Source: a virus (lineage: Duplodnaviria > Caudoviricetes). Taken from it: a DNA stretch of 54,556 bases. The notes beneath the pieces were generated by a model, which saw nothing but the letters and a program-made list of their open reading frames with translations, did no database searches and was not told where the DNA came from. Every line of letters starts with the position of its first letter. Position 1 is the first letter of the stretch. Of this stretch, positions 36,503 through 46,221 are shown one piece after another. The translations under genes and the position numbers were made by a program. Location of the stretch: positions 1-54,556 of IMG/VR virus record IMGVR_UViG_3300001538_000003; one strand, written 5' to 3'.

Positions 36503-38581
36503 ATGGCCTACGACTTCGGCACACTCGATGCAGCCCGCGCCATTGCCCTGATCGCGGCGTCCAACGACGTGCTCACGACGCTCGAGCCCACCGCGCGCGG
36601 GCTCTCGACGGATCAGGGCATCGCATCGCAAGTGCGCGCGTTCCTCGCGGGCGACCACTGGCAGGACGGTGACGGGTGGGTTGGCCCCAAGCCCTCGACG
36701 ACGATCGGCGGCGTCAGCGATGATCTGGCGATGTCGCTCTTCGCCGAGCACTTCGTCAGCCGCAACATGATCGAGGACATCATCACGCGGCACACCGATG
36801 GCGTCGTAGGCCGTGAGCCCGCGTGGGGCTTCACGCCCAAGCGCCCGATGGCCAGCGACGAAGAACCGACGCAGCAAGAGCAAGACGACATGGACGCGAT
36901 CGAGGCGGCGCTGACGACGTGGTGGGACAAGCGGAAGTTGCACCAACTCTTCCAGCGCATCACGCCGGAATCGTTACTCTCAGGCCGCGCCGTGATCCGG
37001 CTCTACGTCCCTGCCTCGCGCCTGACTGACGTGCCCATTCCACCGCCGGACACCACACCCGCGACGGCCCAAGCGACACCGCCAACCGGCCCACAGCTCG
37101 TGACGGACGCGGCGTTTAACTCGCCCGATGGCAATACCCCAGCCGCCACGCCCGCGCCGACGCAGAAGGGCGTGGTTGCGGCGACGCTCGAGGACGCGCT
37201 GGATCAGATCTTCGTCGAAGTCGTGACCAGCGAGAACGCGACGGTCTACACCGACACCGACTCGATGGAGCGCGTGGGGATCGTCGTCTACTACGGGCAA
37301 GGCGAGTACCCCGGCACGCTGGGGCCGCGCATTATCGAGACGACCTACTTGGCGGGCGATGCGACCATGGCCCGCGCTGACCGCGCCACCGTCATCCGCA
37401 TCGTCACGAACGCGCAGGAAGCGCCCGTCCAACTCCCGCTGTATGGCCATCTGACGCACTACGCAGTCCTCAGACCGCCGCTCATCAATGCGTCTATTGT
37501 CTCGATCCAGAAGGCCATCAACTTCGCGATGTCGATGGTGCCGCGCGGACTCGAGACGGCGGGCTTTACCGAGCGTACGCTGATTAACGCCGAGATGCCG
37601 GGCGAGTACGTCGACGACCCTGAGACGGGCACGCGGCGGCTAGTGCTGGGGAACTACCAAGCGGGCGCGGGAACGACGAACTTCGTGGCCGGCAAAGAGA
37701 CGGTGGACGCCGAGGGCCACGTCACGCTCGCCACGCCTCAGATTCAGTACAAGGAGCCCTCGCCTGTTACGCCGACGACCGACGCCATCAACGCGCTCGT
37801 GGCCGAGATCCTGCGCGAAGCGAAACAGGCGCACGTCTTGGGCACCGACCAGGTGCAGTCTGGCGTCTCCCGCGTCCAAGCCCGCGCCGACTTCGAGAAG
37901 AGTCTGGGCCGGAGTCAGGCCGCGCTGGAGCCCGCAGGCCGGTGGCTCTTAGAGACGGCGTTGACGATGGCGTGCGTGTTCGCGAGCGATACGCAAGGAA
38001 TAGTCTGCGAGGACTACCGCGCGACGTTTAGCTGCTTCACCGACACGGGGCCACTGGACCCCTCGGAAAAGCTCACGGTGACGCAAGCGGGGCAGCTGGG
38101 CTTCCTGTCCGCTGAGTGGGTGATGCAAGCGTTGGGCGTGGAGGACGTGGACGCCGAGCAGGCACGACTGAACAGCGAGCCGGGGAAGCGCATTGAATTG
38201 CGGCAGAAGAAACTCGTGGCGCTCAAGGAGGGGGTCGATGCAGGGCTCTCGCTTGGCCTTGCCGCACAGCTCGCGGGCTTCGAGGACGACGAGGTGAAGC
38301 TCATCGAGAAAGACGCGCTCGCCAACCCCATCCCCGCGCCCGTGCCCGGCATGATGCAGCCCGCCATGAATCCCGACGGCACGCCGAAACTCAACCCCGA
38401 CGGCACGCCCGTCATGGAGCCCATCCCCGGTGCACTCGTTCCCGGCGCAGTCGTGCCGCCCGTGCTGCACCCGAAAGGCGTGATACCGCCTGCGCTCGCG
38501 GCGCACGTCGCCGCCGTGCAAGCAGTGAAGGCCGCATCGCAAGGCGTCGTGGTGCCGCCCGCGAAGGCAGGGGCGGCATGA
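36503..38581 (+). CDS. Portal protein
   Basis: 692 aa directly after the terminase; Pro-rich insert and tail. Confidence 0.75.
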   Translation: MAYDFGTLDAARAIALIAASNDVLTTLEPTARGLSTDQGIASQVRAFLAGDHWQDGDGWVGPKPSTTIGGVSDDLAMSLFAEHFVSRNMIEDIITRHTDGVVGREPAWGFTPKRPMASDEEPTQQEQDDMDAIEAALTTWWDKRKLHQLFQRITPESLLSGRAVIRLYVPASRLTDVPIPPPDTTPATAQATPPTGPQLVTDAAFNSPDGNTPAATPAPTQKGVVAATLEDALDQIFVEVVTSENATVYTDTDSMERVGIVVYYGQGEYPGTLGPRIIETTYLAGDATMARADRATVIRIVTNAQEAPVQLPLYGHLTHYAVLRPPLINASIVSIQKAINFAMSMVPRGLETAGFTERTLINAEMPGEYVDDPETGTRRLVLGNYQAGAGTTNFVAGKETVDAEGHVTLATPQIQYKEPSPVTPTTDAINALVAEILREAKQAHVLGTDQVQSGVSRVQARADFEKSLGRSQAALEPAGRWLLETALTMACVFASDTQGIVCEDYRATFSCFTDTGPLDPSEKLTVTQAGQLGFLSAEWVMQALGVEDVDAEQARLNSEPGKRIELRQKKLVALKEGVDAGLSLGLAAQLAGFEDDEVKLIEKDALANPIPAPVPGMMQPAMNPDGTPKLNPDGTPVMEPIPGALVPGAVVPPVLHPKGVIPPALAAHVAAVQAVKAASQGVVVPPAKAGAA

Positions 38582-38844
38582 GCGTCGTTGCCCATATTGG
38601 CTCGCGTGTCGCCCTTCCCCGCAGCGTGCGTGTCGCGCTTGCCGTCTACCATCGCTCGCCGCAACGGCTGAGCACCGCCGAAATCTTGCGCCAGACGAAA
38701 GCCGTACTAGCGAAACGGTACGATTGGACGGGATATAGCGACGGCCCCAAGCCTTACGGCGATACTGATTTGCCGCGCGCACACGTTGAAGATAGGGAGT
38801 CTTATCTACCTAGCGACGGGGACGATGCCCACCCGGAAGCCTAA
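38578..38844 (+). CDS. Hypothetical protein
   Basis: ATGA coupling. Confidence 0.45.
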   Translation: MSVVAHIGSRVALPRSVRVALAVYHRSPQRLSTAEILRQTKAVLAKRYDWTGYSDGPKPYGDTDLPRAHVEDRESYLPSDGDDAHPEA

Positions 38845-39010
38845 CCCCGCGCGCAAGGCCGTCACGTCGCCGCCCGTGTCGCTGACCGTCACGCCCGCCG
38901 ACATCGAGCGTGCGCGCACGGCGTTCCGCAAGCACGCGCCGCGACGCGCGTGGGGACTATTGGAGGCGCCGAAGGTGGAGAAGCCCGCCCGCCCGAAGAA
39001 ACCGAAATAA
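38825..39010 (+). CDS. Small basic hypothetical protein
   Basis: VTPADIERAR..F...AP....LLEA. Confidence 0.5.
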   Translation: MPTRKPNPARKAVTSPPVSLTVTPADIERARTAFRKHAPRRAWGLLEAPKVEKPARPKKPK

Positions 39011-39065
39011 GTATGCATATCCGCGAGGACGTGTATACAAAATCCCCGCTTCCTATGCGCGTGTA

Positions 39066-39683
39066 GTGGCCGCGTCGTTCATCCCGTACCTCTTCGACGC
39101 GCTCACTGGACGATTCCGCGCCGCCAATGGCCAGTTCCTTTCATTCGAGTCCGTCCGCTCCGACCTCGACCGCGCGCTGGATGGCGCATCTGAGGACGCC
39201 GCCGCGATAGCGAACGCCTACACGTCGGGCAGTATCGGGATCGCGGAGTTCGAGCGCCAGATGCAGCAGCTCATCAAGAACACGCAACTCTACTCGTCCG
39301 CCGTCGCCGCTGGCGGCTTCTCTAATATCGACGCGGCGGCTCTGGACGTATTCCAGCAGCGGCTCGCGGAGCAGTTCACGTACTTGAGCGACTGGATGGA
39401 CGACTTAGCGGCTGGCACGGCGCAATCGACGCGCGGCATGGCGCAACGCGCGGGGATGTACGCGCAGTCGGCGCGGAACACCTACGACGTGACGTATCGT
39501 GCGGGCCAAGCGTTGCGCGGCTTCGACGAAGAGCGCAACATCTTGAATCCTGGCGAGTCGTGCGACCTGTGCCGCGAGCAGACGGCGCTCGGCTGGGTGC
39601 CCATTGGCACGCTCATCCCTGTCGGAGAGCGCACCTGCATTTCTAATTGCAATTGCGTCGTCAACTACCGAAACGCGGCGTAG
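39066..39683 (+). CDS. Head morphogenesis / minor capsid (MuF-like) protein
   Basis: After the portal; C-terminal ESCDLC...GW.PIG...C..NCNC; start uncertain. Confidence 0.65.
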   Translation: MAASFIPYLFDALTGRFRAANGQFLSFESVRSDLDRALDGASEDAAAIANAYTSGSIGIAEFERQMQQLIKNTQLYSSAVAAGGFSNIDAAALDVFQQRLAEQFTYLSDWMDDLAAGTAQSTRGMAQRAGMYAQSARNTYDVTYRAGQALRGFDEERNILNPGESCDLCREQTALGWVPIGTLIPVGERTCISNCNCVVNYRNAA

Positions 39684-39727
39684 GTACGGTTATAGCGTAC
39701 TTGCGGTTACGGTAGTATCTTCGCGAT

Positions 39728-40402
39728 ATGGAGCTAATCATAAGCCGTAAGCGCGTGCGAGGCGAGGCGGCAACCGCCATGCGACAGCAAGTCGTCGAGA
39801 TGCGACAAAACCGCATGTCCATGGCGGATATTGCCCGATTCTTCGGGGTCTCACATCAGGCGATTCAGCAAAAACTGCCACCCGAGATGCGCGACGGTCG
39901 GCGTTTCGTAAGCATGTTGAATGGTGTCAGGAAACCTCGCGCGCGCAGGGTAATAACCTTAGAACAGCAGATAACCCGATTTAGGGGCTACATTGCCGAA
40001 GCAGCTCCTGACGAGTGCTGGCTGTGGGCGGGACACGTCAGCAGCCATGGTTACGGCCGTTTTTTCTTCCAAGGCAAAGTGCATTTTGCTCATCGGGTCG
40101 CGTTCTACCTAAAGCATGGCCACTGGCCGAACGTGTGTCGGCACACTTGCGACAACCCGCCCTGTTGCAATACTGAGCATCTCTTGGATGGAACGCTCAC
40201 AGACAATGCTCGCGATGCATTTGAGCGCAAAAGATTTGCGCGTGGTGCCGATCATGGGCTGAGCAAGCTGATGGCGGAGGATGTCTACAATATCCGCTCA
40301 CTAGATGGTCTCGTGTCGAGGAAAGAACTTGCTCGTGCCTTCGGAGTGCATGAGGTAACGATTAGCAGTATCGTTCGACGGCGACACTGGAAGGATATTT
40401 GA
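39728..40402 (+). CDS. HNH homing endonuclease
   Basis: ECWLWAG...GYG...AHRVAF...RHTCDNPPCCNTEH...DN. Confidence 0.9.
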   Translation: MELIISRKRVRGEAATAMRQQVVEMRQNRMSMADIARFFGVSHQAIQQKLPPEMRDGRRFVSMLNGVRKPRARRVITLEQQITRFRGYIAEAAPDECWLWAGHVSSHGYGRFFFQGKVHFAHRVAFYLKHGHWPNVCRHTCDNPPCCNTEHLLDGTLTDNARDAFERKRFARGADHGLSKLMAEDVYNIRSLDGLVSRKELARAFGVHEVTISSIVRRRHWKDI

Positions 40403-40608
40403 CCTAACTGGCGTTATCGCGTACCTTACGTACGTAGTTGCGTTTCGCTATTGTTAGGAGTACGACCGACAGCGCACCGGGCAGCGCGCATCCGCGTGGG
40501 GCAACCCCACCGCGTGACACATGAGCAGGCGGGGCATCGCCGCGCCGTGTGGGATTCACTCACCACCCGTTCGACCGCTTGACCACTCACGGGGAGAGGA
40601 TCTCACGT

Positions 40609-41457
40609 ATGAGCACCACAGTCACGCCCGAACCGGCGGCACCGGCCACACCCGCTTCACCCGCGCCCGCGCCACCATCGCCGACGCCCGCCGTAGGCAC
40701 AACCGCCCCTGACGGGCAGGCCGCATTCGACGCAAACGCTGTGCTCGAAGAACTCATCGAGTCCAAGGGTGGCGGATTTCAGGGCGCACGACTCGCCGCG
40801 CTCAAGCTCATGCGCGACAAAGGCAAACTCCTCGAACGCATCAGCCGCTTGCGGGATCGCGTCGTCGAAGAGGGCGCAGTCGTCCTTCGCGGCGATGCAC
40901 TGGTGACGCATAACAAGCTAACCGCCCTGGGCCTCTCGCCCGATCAGATCAGCCAGAAGATGTCGGAGCACGCGGTGCTGCAGGCCGAAGTGAAGGCCAG
41001 CAAGCAGGACCGCTTCTTCGAGGATGTGGCCGATCGCATGGGCTATAGCGGGTCCGGCAAGAAGGTGTTTACGAAGCTGGCGAAGATGCACGGTCTCGAA
41101 ATCGAGGACCGTGACGTCGACGTCCAGCAGACCGATGGCACGACGACGAAAGAGAAGCGACCGTTCGCACGGCTCGCCACGGACACGAAGGGCGACTTCA
41201 AGCCGCTCGAAACGTACGTGGACGAGGAGTTTGGGGAGTTCCGGCCCGCTCTATTCGCGGGGGAGGGCGACGCGGACGACGACGCGCCCCACCGCACCGC
41301 TGACTCGCGACCGAGCGGCGGACACGCACCAGAGCGCAAGGTCACTCCGATGGCTACGCAAGGTGGCTCGTCTCGGACCTCAGAGGCGAATGCCGAGCGC
41401 GGCGCTGTTCAGCGTGTGCTCAATAACCGCTACGCGCCCCGTAAGACGGCGACGTAG
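40609..41457 (+). CDS. Capsid scaffolding protein
   Basis: Position before decoration and MCP genes; disordered ends with a helical core; GAGAGG RBS. Confidence 0.65.
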   Translation: MSTTVTPEPAAPATPASPAPAPPSPTPAVGTTAPDGQAAFDANAVLEELIESKGGGFQGARLAALKLMRDKGKLLERISRLRDRVVEEGAVVLRGDALVTHNKLTALGLSPDQISQKMSEHAVLQAEVKASKQDRFFEDVADRMGYSGSGKKVFTKLAKMHGLEIEDRDVDVQQTDGTTTKEKRPFARLATDTKGDFKPLETYVDEEFGEFRPALFAGEGDADDDAPHRTADSRPSGGHAPERKVTPMATQGGSSRTSEANAERGAVQRVLNNRYAPRKTAT

Positions 41458-41515
41458 CAGCAGCACCTGAGCGCACACATCAGAGTTACCACGATTTTTC
41501 CGTAGGAGCGCTCAT

Positions 41516-41938
41516 ATGGCAGCTACATCCCGGAGCATGGTCTCCGCGACGCCGACGCTCATCTCGCCGAACTGGTCGGGTGATAGTCTGGGTCGGAAGT
41601 ATCTCATGCCCGCTGGTGGCAAGGTCGACAATACCACCTTCGGCGCCGCCGACTCAACGGGGAAGATTCCCATCCCGTCCGGCACCGTCGTCGGTCGCAC
41701 GATTGCACAACGCGACGCGAACACCCCGTTCCACCTCGCCGCCGATACCGACGCCGAGTTTATGATCACTGCCTTCGATGTGACCGATGCGCTGGTACTG
41801 GACGACGTAGAACTCACGCGTCCGTTCTCAGGCTTGGTCGTGAAGGAGAACTTCCTGCCCACGCCGCTCGCCAGCCTCTCGGCGACGGTGCAGGCCGCTG
41901 TTCGCGCCCGGTATGTGTGCGTGAAGGGGGTTGCGTAA
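41516..41938 (+). CDS. Head decoration protein
   Basis: GK..IPSGTVVG; immediately upstream of the MCP. Confidence 0.7.
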   Translation: MAATSRSMVSATPTLISPNWSGDSLGRKYLMPAGGKVDNTTFGAADSTGKIPIPSGTVVGRTIAQRDANTPFHLAADTDAEFMITAFDVTDALVLDDVELTRPFSGLVVKENFLPTPLASLSATVQAAVRARYVCVKGVA

Positions 41939-43048
41939 ATGGATATCAGAACCCTCATCAACCGGATGTCGCTGGCGGGCGACTTCCAGCTCATCGCGCG
42001 CAACCCGCTAGCGCAGTTCGGCGTGCCGAACCGTCGCTATATCGGCGCGGAGCTTTTGCCCAACCGAACGGTCGAAGTCAACAACTACATCGAGGAGTTC
42101 ATCCGCTATCGCTCGATCATCGCGAACGCGGGCACGCGCTACTCCCCGACGCAGAAAAAGGGCGGCGCCTTGACGGGCGTGATGCAGGTCAATCTAGCGG
42201 AGTCCGACAAGGCCGCCGAGCTGACAGGCCGCGACTACGACGCGCTCCTTCGCATCCTGGCATCGAACGACAGCATGACGGCGATCGCGGCGATCACGAA
42301 CTTTGTGGAGCTGACGATCAACGTCCCGCTGGAAGAGCGCCTCGAAGCGTGGCGCTGGCAGGCGATCGTTTCCGCCGCCGTCACCCTGAGCGGCGACGAC
42401 AGCTACACCGAGACGATCAACTACTCGAACCCCTCGGGCCAGCGCGCCGCGGCAAGCGCGGCGTGGTCAACGGCGACCACGGACCCGTTCGCGGACATCT
42501 TCGCGATGGTGACACTGGCCGCATCGCTGGGCTACACCATCACGCGCATCATCACCTCGCGGAACGTCGCCTCGATCATGGGGAACAACGCGAAGGTGCA
42601 GGCACGGACGGGCCGACTCATCCTGAATGTCGGGACGGGCGGTGTGGCGGTGGCAAGCGGGCGGTCATCGCTCCTGGAGTTGAACGCGGCGCTGGCGCTG
42701 GACGGCCTGCCGCCGATCGAGCTCTACGATCTGCAGTACCGGACGGAGACGGGCACCACGCGCTTCATGGCGTCGAACGTCATGGTGCTGGTGGCCGAAA
42801 CGGGGCGCGATCCCGCGCTCGATTTGGGCGACACCGCGCAGTTGGCACCGGAGATCCTGGACCGGCTGACGAACACGGTGGGCTACACGGCGATCGGACG
42901 GCCAGTGGGCCAGAGCGAGCCGGGTCGCGTCATTCGCTCGGAGTTCTTTCCGGACAAGCCACCGCGTGTGTGGGCGGAAGGCTGGCAGACGGCGTTGCCG
43001 GTCATCACGTCCCCGCAGGCGATTTACGTGATCAACTCTATCGCGTAA
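41939..43048 (+). CDS. Major capsid protein (lambda gpE-like)
   Basis: 369 aa; RLEAWRWQAI..., AWS....DPFADI, ALPVI. Confidence 0.85.
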   Translation: MDIRTLINRMSLAGDFQLIARNPLAQFGVPNRRYIGAELLPNRTVEVNNYIEEFIRYRSIIANAGTRYSPTQKKGGALTGVMQVNLAESDKAAELTGRDYDALLRILASNDSMTAIAAITNFVELTINVPLEERLEAWRWQAIVSAAVTLSGDDSYTETINYSNPSGQRAAASAAWSTATTDPFADIFAMVTLAASLGYTITRIITSRNVASIMGNNAKVQARTGRLILNVGTGGVAVASGRSSLLELNAALALDGLPPIELYDLQYRTETGTTRFMASNVMVLVAETGRDPALDLGDTAQLAPEILDRLTNTVGYTAIGRPVGQSEPGRVIRSEFFPDKPPRVWAEGWQTALPVITSPQAIYVINSIA

Positions 43049-43163
43049 GCGATAGACGCATAGCAGGAACACTATTTGGAGGCTTTGCGCGGTGGCCGGT
43101 CCCGGTAGCAGGACAGAGCCGGTCACCGTTGCAGAGGAAGCGTCACTTCACGGGAGAGAGCAT

Positions 43164-43448
43164 ATGCCACGGAAAGTCATGCCAGCACCGGATACGAGCC
43201 GCAAGCTCGTGAGTTCGAAGATTTGGAAGGGCGATGTGTGGTCGCCCGGCATGGAAAAGGACTTGCCGGAGGACTTCCCGCAGGACGGGCCGCATTGGGA
43301 GGACTTCGAGCCCGATGCGACGCCCGCGCCGAAGGGTGTCGCCGCGCAGAACATGGCTGCAGCGGAGCAGGAGCAAGCCAAAGTTGCCGTCGCGTCAGAG
43401 ACAGCGCGCGGAACGAGACCCGTCAAGAAGCAGCGCGGGCGCGCGTAA
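43164..43448 (+). CDS. Hypothetical protein
   Basis: GGGAGAG RBS; post-capsid position. Confidence 0.55.
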   Translation: MPRKVMPAPDTSRKLVSSKIWKGDVWSPGMEKDLPEDFPQDGPHWEDFEPDATPAPKGVAAQNMAAAEQEQAKVAVASETARGTRPVKKQRGRA

Positions 43449-43451
43449 GCT

Positions 43452-43865
43452 GTGCCGCTCATCGCGACGGACGTGCTGACGCCGCTGGGCGAGATCGACG
43501 GGGCGCTCTTCTACCCCTCGCTGTCGTCGGGTCAAGTGACGACTCGCGTCACGTCGTACCTCACCAGCGGCTACGCGAAAGCGACGGCGCTCTTAGTCAC
43601 TGACGCGGCCACGCAAGACGCCATCGCGCGCACGTTCACGTATTATCGCGCGTGGTCGGACGTCGTGAACCGGCTCACCCTCTCGCCCGCGTCGGCGTCG
43701 CTAGCCGGCGAAGTCTCGACGTCCTATCTGCAGACCCAGATCAACAGTTGGATTACCGCGCGCGATGCGTGGCGGCTCGAATATCAGTCGCTGCTCCCCA
43801 TCACGGCGACAAGCGGCGTCGCGCCCTCTGGCACTAGAGCGATCCCCATCGACTTCCGCTTCTAG
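43452..43865 (+). CDS. Head-tail adaptor (putative)
   Basis: Size and synteny. Confidence 0.55.
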   Translation: MPLIATDVLTPLGEIDGALFYPSLSSGQVTTRVTSYLTSGYAKATALLVTDAATQDAIARTFTYYRAWSDVVNRLTLSPASASLAGEVSTSYLQTQINSWITARDAWRLEYQSLLPITATSGVAPSGTRAIPIDFRF

Positions 43866-43874
43866 CGGGGCCGC

Positions 43875-44315
43875 ATGACCGCCCCGCTCCTCTCCCTCGA
43901 CACCCTCGCATCTTTTCGCGCCATTCAAGACGCGAACATGACGAGCGAGTGCGACTTAATCGTCTTCGCGACGACGCGCGGCGCGGGGGGCGTCACCGTC
44001 AAGACAGCGGTGGTGCTGGCGACGGTGCCCTGCCGCTTGTCGCTCCTCTCGTCCAGCGACCCCATTCTCGCCGCGCAGCCCACGAGCGAGGGCCAGTTCA
44101 CGTTGACGCTGCCCGCTGGTACCGATACGGCGGGCGTCGAGCGCGCGACGGTGCGCGGGACGACGAAGGGCATCGCGTGGACGCAAGAGGTCCGCATCAC
44201 GGGCCTCGATGAGCCCCGCACATGGAGCGCGTCCCGACGGCTCCGCGCCGAACGCGCGACGGATACCGTCATCCCGACGCCGCTCGTGGGCTCCGTCGTG
44301 GTGAGCGAAGCATGA
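43875..44315 (+). CDS. Head closure / stopper protein (putative)
   Basis: ATVPCRL...TLPAGTD pattern; synteny. Confidence 0.6.
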   Translation: MTAPLLSLDTLASFRAIQDANMTSECDLIVFATTRGAGGVTVKTAVVLATVPCRLSLLSSSDPILAAQPTSEGQFTLTLPAGTDTAGVERATVRGTTKGIAWTQEVRITGLDEPRTWSASRRLRAERATDTVIPTPLVGSVVVSEA

Positions 44316-45169
44316 CGCATTACGTCGGGGGGTCCACGCAATTCGCGCACAGCGATTTCGACCCGCTAGGCAACCCGTTGGCCGCGCAGTCGGGCACGTG
44401 GAGTGTGAGCAATCCCGTGGTCGCGTCTATCGATCAGACGGGGCTGGCGTCTTGGCTCGCGCCGGGCACGGTTGATGTGCTCTTCCTCATCATGCCGTCC
44501 CGCAAGGTGGGCGCGTTGCATGAGGTCGTGCAGTCCGCGATTCCCGCGACGCTCACGGCCACGCCGTCCTCGATCACCGTGACACCCGGCGATGTGCAGT
44601 TCGTCGAGATGACGGCGCACGACTCGCTGGCCGTGCTCATTACTGATCTTGTGGTGGACTCGGCGGTCTCGAGCAATGACGGGATTGCGACGGTGCTCAT
44701 GCTCACCGCCACGTCGTTCCTCGTGCTGGGCGTTGCGGTGGGTAGTTGCAGCATCACGGTGAGCGCGGGTGTGGCGACTGCGACGGTCGCGGTCAGCGTC
44801 GTGCCGATCCTCATCACTGATGCCCAAGTCACGAAAACGCCAACGGTTGCCCTGGGCGATGTCTCGGGTGCGGTGCCGCTCACATGGACGTTGGCCTCGC
44901 GCGCCAAGTCCATGCGACTCGTGGGCAATACCATCAGCATGTTGGGCGATTTCCCCGTGGGCGAGTTCGCGCACGTCGATGTCGTGCAGGATGACGTCGG
45001 CGGGTGGGCGCACGAGTTCACGTATACCGGCCCCGCGCTCTTCGAATGGAATAACAACCTAGCCCCGACGCAATCGCCGGGGCCTGCTCGGCAAGACAGC
45101 TACGTGTTCTACCGCTACAGCACGCGGGTCGTTGGCTCGCGGACGTGGTTCAACATACTCACCACCTGA
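44312..45169 (+). CDS. Ig-like (Big_2) domain structural protein
   Basis: TWSVSNPVVASIDQTGL; SSNDGIATV...GVAVGSCSITV. Confidence 0.7.
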   Translation: MTHYVGGSTQFAHSDFDPLGNPLAAQSGTWSVSNPVVASIDQTGLASWLAPGTVDVLFLIMPSRKVGALHEVVQSAIPATLTATPSSITVTPGDVQFVEMTAHDSLAVLITDLVVDSAVSSNDGIATVLMLTATSFLVLGVAVGSCSITVSAGVATATVAVSVVPILITDAQVTKTPTVALGDVSGAVPLTWTLASRAKSMRLVGNTISMLGDFPVGEFAHVDVVQDDVGGWAHEFTYTGPALFEWNNNLAPTQSPGPARQDSYVFYRYSTRVVGSRTWFNILTT

Positions 45170-45189
45170 CACCACTCTAGGAGCGTCCA

Positions 45190-45606
45190 ATGGCATCGAC
45201 CACCGCGTTCTGCAACTCGGCCAAGCAGGACTTTCTCAACGGGCTCAACCTCTCGACGAACACGTACAAGATGGCGCTCTACACCTCGACGGCGGTGAAC
45301 GATAAGACGACCACCGTCTATTCGACGACGAATGAGATCACGGGCACGGGCTACACTGCGGGCGGGGTGACGATGGCGGGCTTCACGGTCTCGATCTCCA
45401 CCGACACCGCTTATATCGACTGGACGACGGATCCAAGTTGGACGACGGCGACGATTACCGCTGCATCGTGCCTCATCTATAACAGCTCGGTGTCGAATCA
45501 CGCGGTGTGCGTCATCGACTTCGGAGGTAACTTCACGGCAACCGCAGGGTCGTTTACGGTCCAGCTTCCGGCACCAGGTCTCACCGCAATTATTCGCCTT
45601 GCTTGA
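45190..45606 (+). CDS. Virion structural protein (fibre/collar-associated)
   Basis: FCNSAK..FL.G...YKMALYT...NEI.GTGYTAGG...CVIDFG; AGGAG RBS. Confidence 0.65.
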   Translation: MASTTAFCNSAKQDFLNGLNLSTNTYKMALYTSTAVNDKTTTVYSTTNEITGTGYTAGGVTMAGFTVSISTDTAYIDWTTDPSWTTATITAASCLIYNSSVSNHAVCVIDFGGNFTATAGSFTVQLPAPGLTAIIRLA

Positions 45607-46168
45607 GGTAGCCGCCCGTCAATGGATCGCGGGGCTGTTGCTTCGCGAGCACCGAGAGTTTCGCGCGATGCTCGGCAGTTTTCGGCTTGCCTACGACTGC
45701 GGCACGCATCGCCTCTATCACATGACGCGCAACGGGTTTGCCTTTGTGAGCCGCAGAAAGTTTCGCGCGCGTTTCGGGGGATGCTTTCCGGCCTCGCAAC
45801 GCAGCCGCGATCTTCGCGGCGTGCTCTGGAGTGCGCGGGCGTCTCTTTGGTTTGCACATTTTCGCAATATGCTCTGGTTTACGCGGTACTCCGCGCGCCT
45901 TCTCTGCGTTGGACGCGACGTATGCGAGCAAGCGGTCGGGGTGGTGGTTTTTCATGTGTGCGCTATTCGACTCGCAATACTCCAGATTCTCAAGTCGGTT
46001 GTCGTCTTTGACGTGGTTTTTGTGATGAATTACCTCGCCAGCGATTAACGGACGGTTTGCTAATTCCCACACCACATGATGCTCGAATTGCCAGCCGTTA
46101 TCTGTTTTCATCTCGACATAGCCGTTTTGATTGAGTCGCTTGGACCCAATAGCAGAGCGAGGAGTCAT
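45590..46168 (-). CDS. HNH endonuclease with NUMOD3-like repeats
   Basis: EHHVVW...IHHKNHVKDDNRLENL; repeated S/TPEH/T.AK.S motifs. Confidence 0.8.
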   Translation of the reverse strand: MTPRSAIGSKRLNQNGYVEMKTDNGWQFEHHVVWELANRPLIAGEVIHHKNHVKDDNRLENLEYCESNSAHMKNHHPDRLLAYVASNAEKARGVPRKPEHIAKMCKPKRRPRTPEHAAKIAAALRGRKASPETRAKLSAAHKGKPVARHVIEAMRAAVVGKPKTAEHRAKLSVLAKQQPRDPLTGGYLKQGE

Positions 46169-46221
46169 GCCCGGTAAGATAATCGTTATTATAGCGTACA
46201 CAATAGATAGCGGAGGGCGTT

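Noticed and set aside
43085-43135. Known self-cleaving ribozyme (twister/hammerhead)
   Set aside because: Conserved catalytic core nucleotides could not be matched by eye; kept only as a hairpin
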